This document shows positions 1 to 5,654 of a DNA stretch of 24,000 bases, piece after piece (position 1 is the first letter of the stretch; each line of letters opens with the position of its first letter). The position numbers were made by a program, and so were the translations under genes. The notes below the pieces were generated by a model that worked only from the letters and a program-made list of their open reading frames with translations, made no database searches and was not told the origin of the DNA. This DNA is from Duganella vulcania (GTDB lineage: Bacteria; Pseudomonadota; Gammaproteobacteria; Burkholderiales; Burkholderiaceae_D), in NCBI RefSeq assembly GCF_009857645.1, contig NZ_WWCW01000029.1; one strand, given 5' to 3'.

Positions 1-17
1 GATACGACCGCAGCGCG

Positions 18-1256
18 TTGACGATGATGTCCAGCGACATGGGCAGCAGCGGCCAAATCCCGTTGATGCTGGAACTGATAGCCCCGGCCTTCGACGAGCA
101 TCACCACGATCCGATGGCCGGCCTCAACCTGCTGCGCGCCTGCCAAGCACTCGGCAAGGTGGAAGAGGGCGAGGCGCTGCTCAACCGCATGTATGCGCTG
201 GGCTTCCCTCCCATCAAGCAGCACCTGGATCAGTTCGCCGAAGTGTTTGATCGGATGCGCGCGCAAGCGGCGCACTCCACGCCGCTGGACGAAGCGAACC
301 TGGAAATCGCCCACGTCTCGTTGACCCGGCCGATCTGGCAATACGGCCTGCGCGATGCGGACTGGCTGTTCGCAGACAAGCCCGACAGCGCCCCGGGCAT
401 CGCCTTCTTCGCGCTCACAAAAATCACCGATGGAACCGGGCGCGAAGACGATCTGGGACGCGAATCCCGCGCGATTCCGCTGTACCTGGCGGAAGCCGCG
501 CACTACTGGAGTGACTACGCGGCCAGCTGCAACATCCCGATCATGGAAGGCAACGGCCCGGTCCTCTCGGGCACCGAAAACGACGCCCAGGCACTGTTCG
601 ACATCGTGCCGGCGGGGATGAAATACATCGTCACCGGCGAAGTCGGCTGCACAGGCGAAGGCAAGTCCGCCCGTTGGACCATCGCCCTGCACCTGTGGGA
701 TTGCGGTACGCGAACCGAACAGGAGAGTGTACGCGGCAGCGCAACGGAAGACGAATTGAGCGCCCTGGTGCTGTCGCTGGAAGAGCGCCTGCTGGCGCAC
801 ATCGGCCACAAGCGCGAGCAGCCGCTGGACGCTTTCTACCAGCGCCCCACGTTCGAAGTCATGGGGGCGTATCTGACCGAGCTGGGGCAGTCCTTCATGC
901 TGCACTTGCTGGCCAGCGGACACATGCCCAAATCCGCGATGTGGGGCGAACGCTCGATGCTCGACTGGCCGCTCAACATCGCGCTGCACTGGTCCACGGC
1001 CGATGTTCCAAAGTTGATGTATCTCTCCACCCTCGGCAAGGCACGCGGCTACCAGTCGGACGTGCTGCCGGAATACAAGGAGCGCAGCCTGGAACTGCTG
1101 CGTGACGCCGGGAAGGCGGACAGCGTGGCCTCCCGCGTGGCGCCGTTCGTGTGGGCGCTGTTCGGCATGACCGACGAGCTTGAAAAATTCATCCATAACC
1201 AGCCTGCCGACGCCGACCCGGCCTACGTGGCATGGCTGAAGCGCATTGCGGAGTAA
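18..1256 (+). CDS. hypothetical protein, possibly 5'-partial
   Basis: 412-codon ORF. The frame stays open to position 1, with no upstream in-frame stop, so the true start may lie outside the window. The sequence is non-repetitive and protein-like. The TAA stop at 1254-1256 is 3 nt before the GST start, which looks operon-like. I recognised no family by eye. Confidence 0.6.
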   Translation: MTMMSSDMGSSGQIPLMLELIAPAFDEHHHDPMAGLNLLRACQALGKVEEGEALLNRMYALGFPPIKQHLDQFAEVFDRMRAQAAHSTPLDEANLEIAHVSLTRPIWQYGLRDADWLFADKPDSAPGIAFFALTKITDGTGREDDLGRESRAIPLYLAEAAHYWSDYAASCNIPIMEGNGPVLSGTENDAQALFDIVPAGMKYIVTGEVGCTGEGKSARWTIALHLWDCGTRTEQESVRGSATEDELSALVLSLEERLLAHIGHKREQPLDAFYQRPTFEVMGAYLTELGQSFMLHLLASGHMPKSAMWGERSMLDWPLNIALHWSTADVPKLMYLSTLGKARGYQSDVLPEYKERSLELLRDAGKADSVASRVAPFVWALFGMTDELEKFIHNQPADADPAYVAWLKRIAE

Positions 1257-1259
1257 GCC

Positions 1260-1925
1260 ATGATCCTCTACCACAGCATCGCCGCGCGCTCCTTCCGCCC
1301 CTTGTGGATGCTGGAGGAACTGGAGCTGCCGTACGAACTGCGCATGATGGCCTTCCCGCCACGCGTGCACGACAAGGCCTACCTCGACATCAATCCCTGC
1401 GGCACCGTGCCGGCCTTCTTCGACGGCGACATGCGGATGACGGAATCGGCGGCGATCTGCCAGTACCTGGCCGAGCGCCATCCAGCGGCGCGGCTGAACG
1501 TCGGGCTGGACGAGGCGGACTATGGAGCCTGGCTGAACGCCCTGCACTTCGGCGAAGCCACGCTGACCTTCCCGCAAACGCTGGTGCTGCGCTACAGCCG
1601 CTTCGAATCGCCGGAACGCCTGCAGCCGCAGGTGGTGGAGGACTATTCGCGCTGGTTCCTGTCGCGCCTGAAAACGCTGACGCCGCGCCTGGAGCAGCAC
1701 GAGTTCCTGTGCGCCGGCCGCTTCACGGCAGCCGACGTCTCGGTCGGCTACGCGCTGCTGCTGGCCGAACAACTGGGCCTGCACACATCATTCACACCAG
1801 CCGTCGCCACGTACTGGCAGCGGCTGCGCCAGCGCCCCGCCTTCCTGCGCGCGCAAGCGGCGGAACGTGCCGCCGCATCGGCGCAGGGCGTACCATTGCG
1901 GCCCGCGACCGAGCTGCCTGGGTAG
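1260..1925 (+). CDS. glutathione S-transferase family protein
   Basis: 221 aa. The N-terminal thioredoxin-like GST region reads INPCGTVPAFFDGDMRMTESAAICQYLAERHP and is followed by a helical C-terminal domain. ATG start is tightly spaced after the upstream gene. Confidence 0.9.
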   Translation: MILYHSIAARSFRPLWMLEELELPYELRMMAFPPRVHDKAYLDINPCGTVPAFFDGDMRMTESAAICQYLAERHPAARLNVGLDEADYGAWLNALHFGEATLTFPQTLVLRYSRFESPERLQPQVVEDYSRWFLSRLKTLTPRLEQHEFLCAGRFTAADVSVGYALLLAEQLGLHTSFTPAVATYWQRLRQRPAFLRAQAAERAAASAQGVPLRPATELPG

Positions 1926-1936
1926 TCGGGAGCGGA

Positions 1937-2248
1937 TCAGGGCGAATTTGTCTTCAGCCAGTCGCGCAAGGCCTCGTTCATGCGTGCCTGCCAACCGTCT
2001 CCCGTGGCCTTGAAGACGGCGACGATGTCAGCGTCGACAAGCATAGTCAGTGATTGCTGTGGAGTGATTCGCGCGGGCTTGCTGTTGCGGATAGCCTCTT
2101 CGGCGGCTATGGCAAATTCCTTCTTCGTGACGACTCGGTCGCCTATCATCGGCGTCGCGTTTTCAAAGAAATCGTCGGTCAATTCAGGCGCGTCGTCCGG
2201 GTCAATCCACGTGTCGCGTGTAGCGTTTGATTTCACGTTCATTTGCAT
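1937..2248 (-). CDS. brnA: BrnA-family type II antitoxin, orphaned
   Basis: 103 aa. The N-terminal acidic WIDPDDAPELTDDFFENA segment and the C-terminal LTMLVDADIVAVFKATGDGWQARMNEALRDWLK segment match the BrnA pattern as I remember it (...RLD.DVL.WFK..G.GYQTRIN..LR..). The start may be the ATG at 2248 or 2242, or the GTG at 2236. It overlaps the 3' end of the brnT remnant, as in brnTA operons. Confidence 0.8.
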   Translation of the reverse strand: MQMNVKSNATRDTWIDPDDAPELTDDFFENATPMIGDRVVTKKEFAIAAEEAIRNSKPARITPQQSLTMLVDADIVAVFKATGDGWQARMNEALRDWLKTNSP

Positions 2249-2384
2249 ACCTCATCGAAATGATGCGGCGTGCCGTGCCGCGTGGCGTCCCAACTGCCTC
2301 TGCTTGTAGTTCTAAAGAGGATGCCACATACGCGTACTTGGTGGCGCAGGTGCATACCGGTCTGCGGAGCCGGCGATCTACTAC
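2202..2384 (-). pseudogene. brnT: BrnT (DUF497)-family toxin remnant, 5'-truncated
   Basis: My own minus-strand translation gives VVDRRLRRPVCTCATKYAYVASSLELQAEAVGTPRGTARRIISMRYANEREIKRYTRHVD*. The RIISMRxAxxxExxxY tail is the characteristic BrnT C-terminus. Only about 60 codons remain open, and they contain no in-frame ATG upstream of the RIISM Met. The frame is closed by TAA at 2385-2387, exactly where GC content collapses. The N-terminal FxWDxxK/KHG region is absent. Confidence 0.6.
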
Positions 2385-2419
2385 TTAATCATTTCAAAAT
2401 ATCGATAGTTATATTTTTC

Positions 2420-2448
2420 TTTAGATGTTTATAGTTTAGAGCTAGACT
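2420..2448 (+). promoter_or_regulatory. candidate sigma70-like promoter of the MerR-like gene, possibly giving a leaderless or very short leader mRNA
   Basis: TTTAGA at 2420-2425 and TAGACT at 2443-2448 are separated by 17 nt. The -10-like hexamer ends 6 nt before the ATG at 2455, and no Shine-Dalgarno sequence is visible. An alternative -10 is TATAGT at 2430-2435. The region is AT-rich and contains TTTAGA and ATAGTT direct repeats. Confidence 0.25.
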
Positions 2449-2454
2449 CAATAG

Positions 2455-2907
2455 ATGAGAAAAAATTCGCTAACTGCTTCTACCGATACCTACTCCACAA
2501 GGGCAGCTGCCCGTATTTCTGGACTAAGCATCGATATGGTGAACTACCTGCACAGGCATGGGATTGTTCGAACTACTCCAGAAGACAGAACAGGCAGAGG
2601 TGTCGCCAGAGGCTATCGTTATGCTGATTTACTGCTGTTGCGTTTACTTTCAAGATTACTGGATCAAGGGATCTCAGTCCTGCGTCTGAGGAAGTGCTTG
2701 GTTGCTTTTCAAAAGCGTGGAGAAGATTTGACCTTGCTGACGTCGAAACGTTTTGTTGCCACTGACGGGCAGGAGGTCTATTTTGGAAGCCGCGACGTTT
2801 TGGAAAAATTGGGGACTGGGCAAATGGCTTTTGCATTTGTGCTTGAGCTCGGGGCACTCGGAAGTGAAGTGCGGGCCAGGATTTCCATTGAGAGCCGGGC
2901 AGCTTAG
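2455..2907 (+). CDS. MerR-family HTH transcriptional regulator with a C-terminal domain I cannot assign
   Basis: 150 aa. YSTRAAARISGLSIDMVNYLHRHGIV is followed by RGYRYADLLLLRLLSRLLDQGISVLRLRKCL. This fits the MerR layout of HTH, then wing (R.Y), then helix (G.s...i...L). The ATG is the first codon after an in-frame TAG. Confidence 0.8.
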   Translation: MRKNSLTASTDTYSTRAAARISGLSIDMVNYLHRHGIVRTTPEDRTGRGVARGYRYADLLLLRLLSRLLDQGISVLRLRKCLVAFQKRGEDLTLLTSKRFVATDGQEVYFGSRDVLEKLGTGQMAFAFVLELGALGSEVRARISIESRAA

Positions 2908-2947
2908 CGCATCTACGTCTGCTGTAGCGTAAGGATTGGTAGACATC

Positions 2948-2984
2948 GTAAGCGAGTAAAATGGTCGTGTACCATACTCGTTAC
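2948..2984 (+). promoter_or_regulatory. composite inverted repeat, either an operator or a hairpin ending the MerR-like gene transcript
   Basis: Sequence is GTAAGCGAGTA-AA-ATGGT-cgtgt-ACCAT-ACTCGTTAC. The inner 5-bp arms are perfect. The outer arms pair over about 9 bp with one bulged G. No T-run follows the structure. It lies between the MerR-like stop (2907) and the next start (3028). Confidence 0.4.
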
Positions 2985-3027
2985 ATGGCAGCCGGAGCTG
3001 ACCTGGGCTAATAGTTGGGAGGCATTC

Positions 3028-3753
3028 GTGGGCAAGCAGTGTCATCTGAATCATGCACCGATTGTTGAGGCGTTAATTGATATTCAATTTGCGCCTGTGG
3101 CTGACATGGATATGTCGGCTATTGCCGTTGAACTCTCAACAGGAAAGAGTGCATCGATTTCCGATCTTTTCGAAACTTTGTTTGAGTTGCGAGTGGACGA
3201 TGATGCGTTACCTTACTCTTCCAGCAGCGGGAAACGGCTTGATTTTGGTGTAGAGCATAGAGTTATTCAAATACGTAGTAATAGCTTTACGTTCAGCAAA
3301 TTGGCCCCATATGATACATGGGAAGAAATGCTTGAGCCGATGCTCGTCGCTTGGCAACATTTCCTGAAATACCTTGGGACAGGCACGATCAATCGTGTCG
3401 CGTTGCGCTATATAAATGTGCTGGAGCTACCGCTTCCATTAGATAGCTTCGACCGCTATCTCACTTCTCCACCTCAAGTCCCCCAAGGTCTTCAGCAGGG
3501 CATTTCCGGCTTTCTTACCCGGGTCTTATGCCCGTTAAAAGAAGATTTGTTGATCATCACGCAGTCACTGGAACGGGAGGCTAGTGATAATTCTGCTGTC
3601 AAAGTCGCCCTCGATATCGAGGTTTCGCATGAACATCAACTTGACCGCTCGGATGTTGCAGCACTTAATCTGGTTTTGAACCGGCTGCGAGCGGCAAAAA
3701 ATGATGCATTCTTTGCTTACCTTACTGACGATGCATTGGAACTCTTCAAATGA
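3028..3753 (+). CDS. TIGR04255-like family protein of unknown function
   Basis: 241 aa. GTG start is preceded by GGGAGG (3017-3022) with a 5-nt spacer. The N-terminal HAPIVEALIDIQF and the central NRVALRYINVLELP match my recollection of the TIGR04255 signature (nAPL.Ea..e.rF ... R.GLRYiN.i). This needs HMM confirmation. Confidence 0.8.
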   Translation: MGKQCHLNHAPIVEALIDIQFAPVADMDMSAIAVELSTGKSASISDLFETLFELRVDDDALPYSSSSGKRLDFGVEHRVIQIRSNSFTFSKLAPYDTWEEMLEPMLVAWQHFLKYLGTGTINRVALRYINVLELPLPLDSFDRYLTSPPQVPQGLQQGISGFLTRVLCPLKEDLLIITQSLEREASDNSAVKVALDIEVSHEHQLDRSDVAALNLVLNRLRAAKNDAFFAYLTDDALELFK

Positions 3754-4202
3754 ACTATATCTCTGGTTTCGTTTCCCATATCCAGCCTCAGACACAGGCC
3801 GCCAGTGATGTGGCACAGGAGGTAGAGCGTACAAGTCGTCGAGTGATTGCGAACGTGAAGCTCGGTTCTCCCGGTCGTTCGCGGCCAATGGAGGAACTTA
3901 CTGCTGTCGCAAATGCCCATGGAATGTTGAGTACATTTCCTGGATTGGCTACGTATGAACGAGCAGCGCGTTTCTTGACCGTCCTGCCTCTGTCGGCTTC
4001 TCTACCTGAAATATCGATTGACCCTGATGGAGAAGTTGCCTTTGACTGGGTTGTGGATGACAACATGCTTTCTGTGAGCCTTGGCGCGTCAGGACAGCTT
4101 TCTTTTGCTGCGGATGTCGAAGGAAAAATATCTTCTGGTGCGGCTTTCTTTGGTGCTGTGCTGCCAGATGAGCTCTCTTCGGTGCTGGATAATTTCGGAT
4201 AA
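3750..4202 (+). CDS. hypothetical protein, 150 aa, no recognised family
   Basis: The ATG at 3750 overlaps the upstream TGA (ATGA at 3750-3753), which suggests translational coupling. The C-terminal ~90 aa looks like a small beta-rich domain (LPEISIDPDGEVAFDWVVDDNMLSVSLGASGQLSFAADVEG). An alternative start at Met47 (3888) lacks an SD. Confidence 0.65.
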   Translation: MNYISGFVSHIQPQTQAASDVAQEVERTSRRVIANVKLGSPGRSRPMEELTAVANAHGMLSTFPGLATYERAARFLTVLPLSASLPEISIDPDGEVAFDWVVDDNMLSVSLGASGQLSFAADVEGKISSGAAFFGAVLPDELSSVLDNFG

Positions 4203-4205
4203 ATC

Positions 4206-4610
4206 GTGGCCGATCTGGAGAACATAGTTGTTTCTAACGATGAGCCGGCGACGCGATTCATTTATGACTCCGATAAGATTTTTCAGAACGGAAGCGTTAA
4301 ACCTGCTGCTTTTTTGCCTACGCCAGATAAGACTTCAGGTAGATTGGAAACTTCGATATGTCGCATAAAGGACTGCACCGAAGAACGCATATGGCACTTG
4401 GCGAAGACGCAGCGTCAGGATAAGACAGTCAAGGGGCGTGCGGACCATTCTGTTCAGTCAGCACATGACGCTGGGTTGGAGTGCATTGCGGCACCTGTTA
4501 CGGATTTCCCTGAGCATGCTGTTCTTTTAGGATGGCCGGCAGATAAGCCAGCATGTAAGGTGATCGCGATGATGCTCTCAAAAGCAAGCAAGGGTGTGCT
4601 TGCTCCCTAA
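4206..4610 (+). CDS. hypothetical protein, 134 aa, no recognised family
   Basis: The GTG start is 3 nt after the upstream TAA. The sequence is protein-like, with RFIYDSDKIFQNGSVKPAAFLP, GRLETSICR and PEHAVLLGWPADKPACKVIAMMLSKAS. There is no internal ATG until near the C-terminus. The TAA stop at 4608-4610 shares bases with the LysR stop on the other strand. Confidence 0.65.
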   Translation: MADLENIVVSNDEPATRFIYDSDKIFQNGSVKPAAFLPTPDKTSGRLETSICRIKDCTEERIWHLAKTQRQDKTVKGRADHSVQSAHDAGLECIAAPVTDFPEHAVLLGWPADKPACKVIAMMLSKASKGVLAP

Positions 4611-5554
4611 CGGGGCAATGGTTCATCCACGGACAATTCCCTTGCTATTTCTTGCTCCCGCGCCTCATCGCGCAGGAAGTCCGAGAACCACGCCAGCGCC
4701 TCCTGCTCGGTGCGGGTGGGGCGCCAGCACATGTAGTAGGCGCCCTGTGTCGACAGCGTCTGGCTGAAGGGACTGACCAAGGTCCCGCGCCGCAGGTCGT
4801 CGCGGATCAGCGCCATGCGGCCCAGCGCGATGCCCTGGCCGTTCAGCGCCGCCTGCATCAGCGCGTTGCTGTCGTCGATCAGCGGCCCGCGCAGCGCCAG
4901 CGACGGCGCCAAACCCGCCTGCTCGAACCAGCGTTCCCAATCGTCGCAGCTGTCCTCGTGCAGCAGCGTGTAGTGCGCCAGATCGGACGGCTCCAGCAAC
5001 GGCGGGCCGTCCTTCAACAGCGCCGGTGAACACACCGGCAGCAGCTCGGTGCCGAACAGGCGCTCGCACTCCACGCCCGGCCACTTGCCATCGCCCCACC
5101 GTATCGCCAGGTCGATGCTGTCGCGACCCAGGTCGGTATGCATCACCGTATGCACCAGCCGCACCTCAAGCTGGCTATGCGCCGCCAGAAAACGGTCCAG
5201 CCGATGCACCAGCCAGCGCGAGCTGAAGGCCGGCGTCACCGCCACCGTCAGCCGCCTGCGCGCGCGGCCCTCGCCCTGCGCCAGCTGCGCCAGCACGCGG
5301 TCGATGCGGCCGAAGGCGTCGACCAGGCTGCGCTGCAAAATCGCGCCTTCGCCGGTCAGCGTGATGGCCCGCGTCATGCGCTTGAACAGCTTGATCTGCA
5401 GCGCCTCCTCGAGCGTCTTGATCTGGTGGCTGACCGCCGCCTGCGAAATGCACAACTCATCGGCGGCACGGGTAAAACTCATGTGCCGCGCCGTGACTTC
5501 AAACGTTTTCAACTGCCGTAACAGACTGGAAGAATGAACCAAGGCGCTCTCCAT
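4607..5554 (-). CDS. LysR-family transcriptional regulator, GcvA-like
   Basis: 315 aa. The N-terminal HTH reads LRQLKTFEVTARHMSFTRAADELCISQAAVSHQIKTLEE. The protein is colinear with E. coli GcvA as I recall it (…LLPVCSP…, …TLLH…, …GQG(I/V)AL…). It is divergently transcribed from the gcvPA/PB-like operon. Confidence 0.92.
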   Translation of the reverse strand: MESALVHSSSLLRQLKTFEVTARHMSFTRAADELCISQAAVSHQIKTLEEALQIKLFKRMTRAITLTGEGAILQRSLVDAFGRIDRVLAQLAQGEGRARRRLTVAVTPAFSSRWLVHRLDRFLAAHSQLEVRLVHTVMHTDLGRDSIDLAIRWGDGKWPGVECERLFGTELLPVCSPALLKDGPPLLEPSDLAHYTLLHEDSCDDWERWFEQAGLAPSLALRGPLIDDSNALMQAALNGQGIALGRMALIRDDLRRGTLVSPFSQTLSTQGAYYMCWRPTRTEQEALAWFSDFLRDEAREQEIARELSVDEPLPR

Positions 5555-5586
5555 GCATGAATTTTTCTAATGTATCGCATGCATAC
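5550..5586. promoter_or_regulatory. candidate LysR/GcvA operator
   Basis: Sequence is CCATGCATGAATTTTTCTAATGTATCGCATGCATA. Imperfect inverted arms TGCATGAAT and ATCGCATGCA flank a CTAAT core at 5567-5571. It sits at the 5' end of the LysR gene, in the divergent intergenic region. Confidence 0.4.
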
Positions 5587-5654
5587 TGATCATTTGTCAA
5601 TGTTATTTCGCTCCTACAAGATGGGGTATCCATCCCCGATCAACAGGAAATGAC

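Larger units (their letters stand above)
2385..4655. other. low-GC horizontally acquired islet with no mobility genes
   Basis: Hand GC counts of 60-nt lines inside the islet: 16/60 at 2401-2460, 30/60 at 3301-3360 and 23/60 at 4261-4320. The adjacent core gives 42/60 at 4681-4740. The composition switches within about 10 nt at 2384/2385 and near 4655. All four internal ORFs are on the + strand, while both flanking genes are on the - strand. Confidence 0.75.

Noticed and set aside
2674-3054. 126-aa minus-strand ORF overlapping the 3' half of the MerR-like gene and the intergenic palindrome.
   Set aside because: It has no recognisable features and is antisense to a gene with a clear MerR HTH. 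It is probably fortuitous.
3788-4261. 157-aa minus-strand ORF inside the low-GC islet, antisense to the 150-aa ORF.
   Set aside because: A long antisense ORF is less expected at about 45% GC, so I looked twice. The product is Ser/Thr/Ala-rich and low in complexity, and it lacks a plausible SD. It would also break the tightly coupled + strand operon. I kept the + strand call, but ribosome profiling could settle the question.
5555-5654. Possible glycine riboswitch in the gcvPA-like leader.
   Set aside because: The whole intergenic region is about 100 nt and also has to hold two promoters. I see none of the conserved glycine-aptamer segments, only a trivial GGGG...CCCC repeat at about 5623-5637.
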